Part shown: positions 6,816 to 15,935 of the stretch, piece after piece
Position numbering within the stretch: the first letter of the stretch is position 1
Layout of the letters: every line of letters starts with the position of its first letter
Source: Planctomycetota bacterium
GTDB taxonomy: Bacteria > Planctomycetota > Planctomycetia > JALXBF01
Assembly (NCBI GenBank): GCA_026991575.1
Contig: JALXBF010000027.1
Location: forward strand, 59,759-79,758
Length of the DNA: 20,000 nt
Reading direction: 5' to 3'
Notes under the pieces: model-generated
The model's input: only the letters and a program-made list of their open reading frames with translations
Database searches by the model: none
What the model was told of the DNA's origin: nothing
Program-made: the position numbers and the translations under genes

Positions 6816-9224
6816 TTACCGCCTGCCTTTTCCGCTCTTGCGGCCCTTGTTCTCCCTCGGTCCTTTGCTCTTCTTCGGGCTCTGCGGCGGCAGATACGGA
6901 AGGCCGCTACCCTGTTCGAGACTCGGCAGCGAAAGCCCATGGCGCGGCGTTTTCCCCGCCACGCGCTCGTTCTCGACAAACCACCTGAACGACTCCCCTT
7001 TCCGATTCGGCGGCGTGGCCTTGCCATCAGCATCACCCAGCCTCGGATAGTGGATCGGCGCGTCGTCAAAACCACGGCACGCCTGCAAGAACGCCCTGAT
7101 GAACGAGACGCCCTCCCATGACCCATTACCGTACACGCGGCCAACGGCGTCCTGGAATGCCCTGACCAGTCGTTGACAGACCGTCGCGAAATCGTCCCGG
7201 CCTGCCAGATCGTCAGCCAGAGTACGATACCGCTCGGCCCAGGCCTCACCATCGGCCAGCACACTCCCTTCCGGCACGATCTCCAACCGAACACTCCCAA
7301 AGCCCAGCGGTTTGGCACCACCGAAACGAAGGTAATGTCCTTCAGGCAACGACAGCAGCCAGAGCAGAGCACCGGCTTCCACCGCACTCAAGTTCCAGAA
7401 GTCGATGTCGAACTCGAACTGAGCCCCCGGCTTAATCCATCCCAGGATCGAACGGTTCTGGTTCGTCCGCTCGTCGTCGCCCGACGGCATCCGGTACTCC
7501 TGGTAGCGACCCCCGCGCCGTGCCTGCGTGCGGTCTTCGGTCGGGTTTTCCCAATACCCGGCCGGCAAACCGCCGTGGTGAGGATAGACCTTCCGTCCCC
7601 GCAGATACCTGCCCTCCTCATACAAGATCTCCTCCTTCGGCAGCCCGTCGTCCAGCGGCGTGCCGTTCGCGTCCCTGGCCAGGTAGAACCGGGTCTGCTG
7701 TGGCTTCGGTTGTCCCAGGATCGCTAACGGAACTCCGGGCCGCTTGAATGTCTCCACCGGGGCCTCCGTCCGGCACTCCACGTGGCTGATACGAAGCTGC
7801 CCCCGGTAGCTACCTGATCCTTTCTGATGCACCCAACCGAAGACCCGGTCCGCGGGCGAGAGCTCGTCCAGTGATCCGGCCGGTCGCAAGCTGGCATCCA
7901 GACAGCTTTCCGGTGGCTCAGGGAACAGCTTGCGCGAAATGGTTACCGGGTACAGCCCATTGATGGTCTGCCCGTCGTGTTCGACGTAGCACAGCGTGCC
8001 CGGCGTCAGCCTACGTTCTTCCTTGCGATAAATGTGCCGCGACCACGCCGTCTGTCCGGGTGCCGGGCCGAGGTAGTCCCAGGGGTTGTGTCCCTTGCGC
8101 TTCCGGTCTTCGAGATCGTCCACGTGGATCTCCTGATAGTTCGCGATCAGGTCTTCCCAGAGCCGTCGGGCATTGTCGTCAATCGGCAGCACTTCTCCGC
8201 CGTTGTCCAGGTAGAACACGCGTTCATAGGCCTTCGTGTTGATGTTCGGCCCGTTCACGAGGACCCAGCCTTTTTTCCAGCCATCACCCGGCTTATCTTC
8301 ACCTTCCCTGCGACGTTCGATGGCCGTAACCCGATCGCCCGCGCCCGTCCTTATCCAGACCTCGTCACCATGCTCTGGGATGGAACGATCGGGATAGCGC
8401 AGGACGTTTGCGCTTCGCCCCTTGTTCCTCGGGTCTTGCGTCGGACTCTTGTCTGCCTCGTAGAACGGCAACCGGGCCGCTTTCAATATCCGGAGCTGCA
8501 AGCCTCCCTCGGGTGTGCTCTCAACAATTGCCGGTTCGGTCGTTACCTTCGCCGGCGCCCGGTACGCCAGTCGCCGATCGTGGCCGAAGAACACCCCGAA
8601 CCGTGAGTTTGTCACCGCCTCGAACGCAGCGCGAAGCATGCCCTTGATCGACGTCGGAGCAATGTACGGCCGGCCGGTATGGTCCAGCCGCACGGCGAAC
8701 GTCTTGTGGCCATTCGTATCTTCTTCGGCGCGTGCTGCGTCGACCACCAACAGTGGCGTGACGGCCGTCATGCGCACGCGGATTCGCCCGGTGTACCGCG
8801 AGGGCTTCAGCCGGTGATGTCCTTCGGGCCTACGGTCGCCCAACTCGGCATCGCGTCTGTTCCGTGGCGGAGCCGGGACGAAGTTGTAGGGGTTGTGGAA
8901 CGTGGCCGTGGCAGGTCTTTGACTCACCGCACTCACACTCGTCTGTACAGCCGACCGACTCGAGGATTCGCTCGCCCTTCCGCTCCGGATCTGACCCTGG
9001 ACACTCACGATCCTGGCCTGCTGACCGTGACGCTCGAAAAGGACCGCGACGCCGTCAAGGGCTCGCTTGCGAGCCGCCTTGTCGGGGTTGGCCATGACCT
9101 GGCGGACGGCGTCGGGCTGAGCATCGTCGGGAACGGACAGGTGCTCTTCATTGCCACGCGCGTTCGTGACCTTGACAAACAGCTTGCCTTTCTTGCTGAC
9201 AAAAAGCTTGCCTTCACTCGCCAT
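6816..9224 (-). CDS. cas7: Type III-D Cas7 protein with large insertion (TIGR03986-like RAMP)
   Basis: FHNPYNFVP, AVTPLLV, PYIAPTSIKGMLRAAFEAVTNS, LSPADRVFGWV, LRGRKVYPHH and the G-rich loop GGAKPLGFGSV. ATG 9224 has GGAG upstream (the ORF track starts at GTG 9230). Confidence 0.93.
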   Translation of the reverse strand: MASEGKLFVSKKGKLFVKVTNARGNEEHLSVPDDAQPDAVRQVMANPDKAARKRALDGVAVLFERHGQQARIVSVQGQIRSGRASESSSRSAVQTSVSAVSQRPATATFHNPYNFVPAPPRNRRDAELGDRRPEGHHRLKPSRYTGRIRVRMTAVTPLLVVDAARAEEDTNGHKTFAVRLDHTGRPYIAPTSIKGMLRAAFEAVTNSRFGVFFGHDRRLAYRAPAKVTTEPAIVESTPEGGLQLRILKAARLPFYEADKSPTQDPRNKGRSANVLRYPDRSIPEHGDEVWIRTGAGDRVTAIERRREGEDKPGDGWKKGWVLVNGPNINTKAYERVFYLDNGGEVLPIDDNARRLWEDLIANYQEIHVDDLEDRKRKGHNPWDYLGPAPGQTAWSRHIYRKEERRLTPGTLCYVEHDGQTINGLYPVTISRKLFPEPPESCLDASLRPAGSLDELSPADRVFGWVHQKGSGSYRGQLRISHVECRTEAPVETFKRPGVPLAILGQPKPQQTRFYLARDANGTPLDDGLPKEEILYEEGRYLRGRKVYPHHGGLPAGYWENPTEDRTQARRGGRYQEYRMPSGDDERTNQNRSILGWIKPGAQFEFDIDFWNLSAVEAGALLWLLSLPEGHYLRFGGAKPLGFGSVRLEIVPEGSVLADGEAWAERYRTLADDLAGRDDFATVCQRLVRAFQDAVGRVYGNGSWEGVSFIRAFLQACRGFDDAPIHYPRLGDADGKATPPNRKGESFRWFVENERVAGKTPRHGLSLPSLEQGSGLPYLPPQSPKKSKGPRENKGRKSGKGRR

Positions 9225-9813
9225 GACCACTCCCGGGAACCATCCCCTCTAGCTCGAAACCGACCAGCCGCTCCTCAGCGACCACGACGTTGCCGTACCG
9301 AGCACGTTGCAAGTACTCGCGCGTCCGCAGACAGACCTGCTGCTTCGGCCCGGGCCTGGCGTCGATCGGAACCCAGTATGCTCCCACCCGAGCTGTCGAC
9401 AGCCGAACCCAACCGTCAGGCTGGGCTCCGGAATCGGTCTCACCCCACAGCAGATACTGTTGATCGAGGACCTTTGTTGCTGTGAGTTCGTTGCGATCCC
9501 ACGATGCGACCGGCTCCGCCAGGTCCCGTTCGCTGATGACGACCGCTTGGTGGCAAGCCGTGGGCGTTGGATCATTCAACCAGCGAAGCTCCGCTTCCCC
9601 AGTGAACACTCGAGCCTCGTACGCATCGACAGGCTGCTCCTTGGGGTGCTCGAACACCGGTCCGTCACTGCCCCGTCGAATGCGTACCACCAGACAACGC
9701 CGTGGCGTGTACAGAATCCCGGTCGCCTCCGCTTCACCGGTGGCGGCCAGGAACTGCTCCACCGCTTCGTCCAGGCTGATCCCGTCACGACGATAGCGAT
9801 TCAGTTTCGTCAT
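9214..9813 (-). CDS. csx19: Type III-D subunit Csx19
   Basis: YEARVFTGEAELRW, QQYLLWG, LRTREYL, GNVVVAEERLVGF. Sits between the Cas7-Cas7 and Cas7-insertion genes. ATG 9813 overlaps the upstream stop (ATGA). Confidence 0.88.
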   Translation of the reverse strand: MTKLNRYRRDGISLDEAVEQFLAATGEAEATGILYTPRRCLVVRIRRGSDGPVFEHPKEQPVDAYEARVFTGEAELRWLNDPTPTACHQAVVISERDLAEPVASWDRNELTATKVLDQQYLLWGETDSGAQPDGWVRLSTARVGAYWVPIDARPGPKQQVCLRTREYLQRARYGNVVVAEERLVGFELEGMVPGSGHGE

Positions 9814-11483
9814 CTTCGTTCGCCCTCGTCCAAGTCGTCTGAAGAGCCCCCCAATGATGTGTGACTTCGGATCCATCCGGCCCAAGTTTGCCGCAGTTCC
9901 TCGCAGAGATCGGCAGCCAACTCCTCAAACCGCTGCCCGCTCCAGCGCACGCCGTCCAGCTTAGCGAGCTGGCCTTCCACGCCCTGAGCACGAAAGCGGA
10001 TCTCTTTGACCCGAACCTGGCCCATCCCTCGGTTCGCGGCAAAGCCCAGGGGAATCCAGCCGGTGGCCAGGTCGCGCAGGACGCAGAGCAGTAGCGCGAG
10101 CGCCGGCATGCGGTGTCGGCGCTGAATGCGGCGCCAGTCCACGGTCATGCGGATTGGTTCCCATTGGACGCCGTGGGGCTCCAACACGGTGTACAGCATC
10201 CGCTCGGCGGCTCCTCCGGTCCAGCGATCCACCGCCACGTGGTAAGCCTGCTGCCACCGAGCCGCCGAACCTCCGAGTTGGTTCAACGCGCTGAGCACGC
10301 CAGCGTCGTCCGCAGCAGCGACCACGTCCGCCCACCTGGCTGGATCGAACCGGTCCCGCTCAGCCAGGCAGTCTTCCACCAGCAACGCACCGCGGCCTGG
10401 TTCGGGCAGGTCGGATCGAGTACCCGATGGTTTCTCTGCGCCGCCGTTGCCCCGTCGCGCGCGTGGGCTGTCCTTGCGGTGCATCAAGGCCGTGCCGAAG
10501 AGTTCGTCGACCAGCGGAACTTCAAGTTGGCCCAGGAAGCGTTTACGCGGGTCCTCTTCGTCCACGACGTCCTGGCCGAGGATGGTACGCACGATGAGTT
10601 CAGCTCGGCTTCTCAACGCGCCCTTGATCGAACTGCCCGGAAGCACAGGTGTGATCCTGCGGCCACCGTCCACGCCGGTGGTCATCGGTAGCATGTCTGA
10701 CGCCATGCCGTCATACCCGGCCTTGACCATGACCGGTCCGACGGGTTCCCAGTCGATTTCCATCGCCAGGACGGGGCGTCCCTTCGGTTTCCACGGTGGA
10801 ATCGCCTCCAGCGAGAGCTTACGCCCGCCCTGGGCCAGTCCGTCCAGAAACGCCTCCGCGTCATCGAAGCGCAGCTCACGCAACTGCACGTTGACCAGCT
10901 TGATCTTGCCGAGGCCGCGCGTCGTCGCCGCTCCGACGCGAAGCCCACCACTGGTGAGAGCATCCAGCATTGTGCGGAGCTGACCGAGCAATCTATCGTG
11001 CTCCTCTTGGTTGGCCGTCTCCAACCGGACCGAGAAACGGAACCTGGTGCCTCTCGGAAGGACCGCGCAATCGAACTTGATCCCTTCCGCTGCGGTTCCC
11101 CATTGCCGGTCGATCCCGACGCCATCGCGGATCTCATGTTCGACCTGTCCGATAACGACAGCGTCGTCCACAATCAGCTTGGATGCATGACCGGTGTCCT
11201 CTTCGTCGTCAGACGCATATCCGAACAGATCTTCGACCTCCGCCAGATCGCGTTCGTCCGAACCCAGGACGCTGTCGCCCAGGATCGCGGCGCGGAACCA
11301 GGCGCGGAGCACGCCGGCCAGGCTGGTACCTGGGATGTAGTAGTTGCCGGCACCGTTGACGGCCAGCGGCAAGTCGGTATCGACATCGCCCCCGACTCCA
11401 CCAACGTGCAGTGCGGTTTCGGCGACCAATTCGCCACGGGCGGTCACCACCGAATACAAGCTGCGTTCTTGCGTGGTACTCAC
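9810..11483 (-). CDS. csm3: Cas7-Cas7 fusion (two Csm3-like RAMP domains)
   Basis: Domain 1: ALHVGG...DTDLP...YIPGTSLAGVLR...VGAATTRGLG. Domain 2: PVMVK...SDMLP...LPGSSIKGALRS...VAVDRWTGG...LGFAANRGMG. Start moved to GTG 11483 (GGAG RBS) because the upstream extension overlaps the previous gene. Confidence 0.92.
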   Translation of the reverse strand: MSTTQERSLYSVVTARGELVAETALHVGGVGGDVDTDLPLAVNGAGNYYIPGTSLAGVLRAWFRAAILGDSVLGSDERDLAEVEDLFGYASDDEEDTGHASKLIVDDAVVIGQVEHEIRDGVGIDRQWGTAAEGIKFDCAVLPRGTRFRFSVRLETANQEEHDRLLGQLRTMLDALTSGGLRVGAATTRGLGKIKLVNVQLRELRFDDAEAFLDGLAQGGRKLSLEAIPPWKPKGRPVLAMEIDWEPVGPVMVKAGYDGMASDMLPMTTGVDGGRRITPVLPGSSIKGALRSRAELIVRTILGQDVVDEEDPRKRFLGQLEVPLVDELFGTALMHRKDSPRARRGNGGAEKPSGTRSDLPEPGRGALLVEDCLAERDRFDPARWADVVAAADDAGVLSALNQLGGSAARWQQAYHVAVDRWTGGAAERMLYTVLEPHGVQWEPIRMTVDWRRIQRRHRMPALALLLCVLRDLATGWIPLGFAANRGMGQVRVKEIRFRAQGVEGQLAKLDGVRWSGQRFEELAADLCEELRQTWAGWIRSHTSLGGSSDDLDEGERR

Positions 11484-11505
11484 GGCAAACTCCGTCGCAA
11501 GCCTG

Positions 11506-13905
11506 CTAGTGCTCCCTTTCCGACGACTCGCTCTGCCGCTTGTGCGCGCGTGCACAAGCGTCCACCAGCGCACGGACGGCAAACGCCCACAGTTCCCGCT
11601 GCACTGCAGCCTTGCCATCCTCGGTCAGAATTTCCCAGCTGCCTTCCAGTTGAAGGGCCCTCCAGACTGCGTTGTCGTCCTGTACCAGTTGCAAGCACTT
11701 GCTCCTCGCATCCTCAGGCCATGCCTCCTTGCGAAGCTTGCTTTTCTCCAGGCGGCTGAACCAATCCGAGACGATGCGGCGGTCTTGCTGGCTATGCAGT
11801 CGGGCGAGGACTTGGCGGAAGGCCATGATTTGGGTGATCGTTGGCTCGCTCTGGCGGCCGTTGAGCTTCCAGCCAAGCAGCCTCCGACGTTCCTGCGACT
11901 TGTCCGCAATCTCCAGGCAGCGGCGTCGGATCAGCCGTTTAGCCACCTCCTGTTCGAGCAGTCTGGCCAGCTGGAAACCGGGCTCACCGTCTCTCAGTAG
12001 TCGCACCCCGGCGCCGGTCGCTGGGTCTGCTTCTGACGTGCTCATCTGGCCGATGGTCCAGTTCTGGGGCGGCTGAGTGAGGGCCGGGTGGTTGAAGACG
12101 ACCTCGCCGAACCCTTCGGCAGTTCGTTCGCCGATGCCGGTAGCCTGTAGCTCGGCCAGCCGGCTTGGATCGATCGGCCGATCCGCCTTGAACACAAAAC
12201 AGGACCCGGCGCGCAGGGCGATCAGCGAAGGGCGGGGCATCTGCCAGCCGGAATGCCAGGTCTCATGCCGGCGGGTGCGAGCGAACGCGCTGCGGGCATC
12301 CCTGAGCTGCAAGCCCACGCCAAGCCTTGCTTCCAGTGCGCGGCGAAGCCGTTCGACAAGCGGCGTGTATCGCAGGCCGTCGTCGCGCAGGAGCGTATCG
12401 GAGGCAAGCCAAACGAAGAGGTCGTTGTCGGAGGAAGCTGCTGGTGGCTGGGTCAGCTCACAGGGCTCGCCAGAGTCGATCTCCACCATGCCGTAGTCAT
12501 CCTTCTTGGACCGACCGACGCGAGCCGTGCCGTTAAGCCGACGCCACCACCGTGGGTCGCGCTGGCCGAGCAGGGAGTAAACGGCTTCATTTACTATCAG
12601 CACGCTACGCAGGTAGACCGGCCGGCCGTCGTCAACCGCCGCGATCGCCTCATACGAATAGACCCCTCCGCCTGCTTCGGGCGTGGGCCGCTGCCGCACG
12701 TCATCCACGCTGCCGTGGGTCCGCACGGTTAGCGGTACGCGCGCAGGGCCAATGAACACACCACCATCCCAGGCCAGATAAACTCCTTGGGCCGGCTTGG
12801 TCTGCTTGCTGGTATCGCTTTCTTGTTTCTTATCCCCCTCGCTTTTGGCATCGTCTGCCGCGATCAGGAATTGATTGACCACGCACTGTCGTGGTTTCGC
12901 GAATCCTTCGCTGTCCTTGCGCACCTGCACCGCCTCAGGTGCCGGCAGTGTGCGAACGCGTCCTTTCTCGATCGTCGCGTTCAGGACGCGCACCAGACCG
13001 CTGGCGACATACGGACGGATCGATACGCCGATCGCGTCTGCGGCAGCTGTGACGAAGGGCAGTAGGCAGTAACCGGGAACGTAATCCAATGTCTCGACCA
13101 CGTTACCCACCGTGCGGTAGCTGATGGCCAGCGGCGCAAGCGGTTTGATCCGCAGCGGGATTGCCCACCACCGTTGGGCGGGGGCAGCGGCAGGGACTGC
13201 TTCGCCGGCGGATTTCGGTTCGGGCGTGTGAACTGGGATCGAGATGCCTTCCCTCCTGGCCTTCCTTAGCACCTCGATGGCTTGCCGCACGTCGGGTACG
13301 CGGTCGCCGCGGAGTCGGATCTGACAGCGGCCGTGTCCTCGGCGACGCTTGCCCCCAAGCCGGTCGACCAGCTGAGCTCCCGCCACCAGAAGGGCCAGGG
13401 CAACATCCTCGACGTCGGGCGGTACGTCCAGTTCGACCTCGGCCTCGAGCTCGGCACCCACCCTCGCCAACTCTTCGAACCGCAGGTAATCCTCGACCGC
13501 CTGTCCCGTCCGGTCGCTGATCTTGACACCGGGCTTAACGAACGTCAGTGCGGCTGCGGCAGCACGGTGCCGGGCCAATAGCGCACGTAGGGGAGCCGCA
13601 AGCCGAGCGGGACGCACAGACAGTGCGGCAGGTTGCGGAGGGTGATCTGTGGGACCGCGGTGCAGCGATGGCTGGCTGCCAAACAGGAACTCCACCAATT
13701 GGTTCCAGGTCCCGCGCGGCCCACTGTCCAGAGCGAATGCGACCCGTTCGCATGCATCGCGCCAGATGCCCTGCAATGTCTTGGCCGGAACGAACGGCAG
13801 GCCGTCGGAGTCACGGGCAACCAGGGCATCGATGTGCCCGGGCTGACCGGCGCCGGAGCCAACGTGCCAGTCGGATTGTGTCTTGATCGTCGCCGTTAGC
13901 TTCAT
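11506..13905 (-). CDS. csx10: Cas7-Cas5-Cas11 fusion (Csx10-like RAMP with C-terminal small-subunit-like domain)
   Basis: Cas7: SDWHVGSG...IDALVARDSDGLPFVPAKTLQG...LGGKRRRGHG. Cas5/Csx10: LDYVPG, VGRSKKDDYG, GIGERTAEGFG. Helical C-terminal ~140 aa interpreted as Cas11. Start is ATG 13905 or GTG 13911. Confidence 0.9.
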   Translation of the reverse strand: MKLTATIKTQSDWHVGSGAGQPGHIDALVARDSDGLPFVPAKTLQGIWRDACERVAFALDSGPRGTWNQLVEFLFGSQPSLHRGPTDHPPQPAALSVRPARLAAPLRALLARHRAAAAALTFVKPGVKISDRTGQAVEDYLRFEELARVGAELEAEVELDVPPDVEDVALALLVAGAQLVDRLGGKRRRGHGRCQIRLRGDRVPDVRQAIEVLRKARREGISIPVHTPEPKSAGEAVPAAAPAQRWWAIPLRIKPLAPLAISYRTVGNVVETLDYVPGYCLLPFVTAAADAIGVSIRPYVASGLVRVLNATIEKGRVRTLPAPEAVQVRKDSEGFAKPRQCVVNQFLIAADDAKSEGDKKQESDTSKQTKPAQGVYLAWDGGVFIGPARVPLTVRTHGSVDDVRQRPTPEAGGGVYSYEAIAAVDDGRPVYLRSVLIVNEAVYSLLGQRDPRWWRRLNGTARVGRSKKDDYGMVEIDSGEPCELTQPPAASSDNDLFVWLASDTLLRDDGLRYTPLVERLRRALEARLGVGLQLRDARSAFARTRRHETWHSGWQMPRPSLIALRAGSCFVFKADRPIDPSRLAELQATGIGERTAEGFGEVVFNHPALTQPPQNWTIGQMSTSEADPATGAGVRLLRDGEPGFQLARLLEQEVAKRLIRRRCLEIADKSQERRRLLGWKLNGRQSEPTITQIMAFRQVLARLHSQQDRRIVSDWFSRLEKSKLRKEAWPEDARSKCLQLVQDDNAVWRALQLEGSWEILTEDGKAAVQRELWAFAVRALVDACARAHKRQSESSEREH

Positions 13906-13948
13906 GCTCACCCCTGTCGGTGTCGTTGCTTGCCGCTCGCACGCACGG

Positions 13949-15607
13949 TCACCGGCTCTCTGCCAGGCCGGCGACTTCGATCACATCTAGCAGATCAGTC
14001 TGGTAGCGGGGCCCCTTGGACTCGCTCTGCTGCCGCGCTGTCCCGGAGCCGTTGCGCTCCCAGAACAAGTTCCCGTTGGTCAGGATCTCGTCGAGGGCCT
14101 TGTACCGGTTGCGGATCAGAGCGAGTTGTGCCTCGGCCACGGCTCGCCCTTCGAACAGGGCGTCGCGGAGCACGTGCAGCTGACTGGATGGAATCACCCG
14201 TCGTCCCTCTTCGCGCCTCAGTACCACGTTACGCTTGCGGATGAGCTCGTCCCACAGGGGACCTTGCGTCGAAGTCCCCTCCCCGCGGCTCGGTTCGACG
14301 ACGTACGGGCGAGCGGTCAGGTAAGACTCCCCGTTGTCGACCCACCACCCGGCGCGCATGCGGTCCAGATCGGTAGCGCTGGCGTCGTAGACGATCTGGA
14401 AATCAATTGCTGCGTCAGGCTTACATTTCTTCGCCTCGCGCAGCAGCGACTCGGCCAGGTCGTATGCTGCATGGAACGGGAAATGGGGCTTGATCACCGC
14501 AACGCCGGCAGACGCAGTCAGCGGGCGCTCGCTGATGCTTTGCACGATCGAGGCGATGTCCTGATTCGCTCGTGCCTGTTCGACGAAGCATCTCAGAAAC
14601 TCAGCGGTGAACTCCAGCGCGTAGCGACCGGCAACGATGACGGTCAAGTCGTCGCCGCCGAGAACCAACGGCACAATCGGATACCGACCGTGGCGATCCA
14701 GCGGGACAGCCTGCTTCACCGCCCGGCAGAACGCCGTCTCGGTGCACTCGTCCAGGGCAATGGAAAACCGCCGGACTCTGTCGATGTACTCCCGATTCCA
14801 GCTCCGGCCGCCTGTCGGCTGTTTGCTGATCGCCTTATCAAACCTCAGAAAGACTTGTCCCAGACCGTTGCCATCGGCATGCACGACGGCGATCCATTGG
14901 GCAGGTTCGAGGGCATCCAGCGAGCCCGCGACTCCCGCGGCCAGACCGTGACGCTCAAACAGCTGAACGGCGCGTTGCTCCCACCAGTCACGGGCTTCGA
15001 TCTTGGCGAGAGTCGAGTGAGCGGCCGGGCCTTCTTCACCCCGAGGAACTCCGTCCCGCCGACGGGTGACTGTCCGCATCGCCGGCAGCCCGCTGGTCCG
15101 GCACTCAGCAACAACAGGCAGTCGCTGGAAGCGGCTCTCCGGGCCGGGAAGCTCCGCGCGCAACCGCGTGTGCTCGACATGCACCTGTCCAATCTTCTCG
15201 TGCAGGTTATCCGCGTCGAGATCCATCGGGACGATCGCCCCGTGAACGGCCAGCCCTGGAGCCTGCTCCAGCGCTCGCGTGGTCACCTCCGCCACGATCC
15301 TTTCGGCCGTGGCTCGGTCACGCACCAGTAACAATGCCTTGCCGGACGCAGAGACGACGACCTCCACCGAGCCCTTGCCATCCTCGATCGGTGGGTTCGA
15401 ACTGGGATCACGCAACCGGTTCCGCAACTCAGCGGCGTCCGTGTCCCACAGTGCCGGTCCCCCTGCTTCTTCGACCGCCTCGAGCACGTACTGGGTACCG
15501 GTACGGTAGATCAGCTCCGACGCCCCAACGTTTTCCCGGAGCTTGTTTGTGGCGAAGATAAACGCCTGGTTTGAGCTGGTCTCGATCAGGACAAGGTGTA
15601 CGTCCAT
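13949..15607 (-). CDS. cas10: Compact Cas10 (552 aa) lacking the HD nuclease domain, with intact Palm GGDD motif
   Basis: Begins directly at LIETSSNQAFIFATNKLRENVGASEL. Contains VVHADGNGLG, LGGDDL, SAGVAVIKPHFPFHAAYDLAESLL. GGGGAG RBS upstream. Confidence 0.95.
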   Translation of the reverse strand: MDVHLVLIETSSNQAFIFATNKLRENVGASELIYRTGTQYVLEAVEEAGGPALWDTDAAELRNRLRDPSSNPPIEDGKGSVEVVVSASGKALLLVRDRATAERIVAEVTTRALEQAPGLAVHGAIVPMDLDADNLHEKIGQVHVEHTRLRAELPGPESRFQRLPVVAECRTSGLPAMRTVTRRRDGVPRGEEGPAAHSTLAKIEARDWWEQRAVQLFERHGLAAGVAGSLDALEPAQWIAVVHADGNGLGQVFLRFDKAISKQPTGGRSWNREYIDRVRRFSIALDECTETAFCRAVKQAVPLDRHGRYPIVPLVLGGDDLTVIVAGRYALEFTAEFLRCFVEQARANQDIASIVQSISERPLTASAGVAVIKPHFPFHAAYDLAESLLREAKKCKPDAAIDFQIVYDASATDLDRMRAGWWVDNGESYLTARPYVVEPSRGEGTSTQGPLWDELIRKRNVVLRREEGRRVIPSSQLHVLRDALFEGRAVAEAQLALIRNRYKALDEILTNGNLFWERNGSGTARQQSESKGPRYQTDLLDVIEVAGLAESR

Positions 15608-15935
15608 CCGGGTCTCCCCACTGGCGGAACCAATCGCATTCCACTACATCAACGCGCAGCCCGTTCCGTTTCTGACACACCTCAGTCGACAGTTCGGACG
15701 CGGCCCGGTCACCGATCTGTGACCCCCGGGCGACGCTCACCTGCACGGCTTCGGGCCAGGCACATCAAGGGGTGCTGTTCCTGTGGAACAGGCCGTGCTG
15801 GCCGATCCGGATTGGGCCCGGTCGAGCAGATCGGACGCTCTAAGCCAGGGCCGAACGAAATGGGTGCGGCCACCGGCGCGGGCCCGACGTGAGGGCTCGC
15901 CCGCCGGTGCGGTGCCGGGCTGCGCCTCGCAAGCA

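Noticed and set aside
6365..7387. 340-aa minus-strand ORF
   Set aside because: Alternative frame overlapping the Cas7-insertion gene; Arg/Ser-rich and not protein-like.
11484..11618. Longer start for the Cas7-Cas7 gene (and the 9885 start for csx19)
   Set aside because: Both overlap the upstream genes extensively. Better starts exist at 11483 (RBS) and 9813 (ATGA coupling).
14126..15331. 401-aa plus-strand ORF, and similar ORFs at 15783..16796, 8679..9485 and 10998..11759
   Set aside because: Antisense shadows of well-supported genes in GC-rich DNA, with no recognisable motifs.
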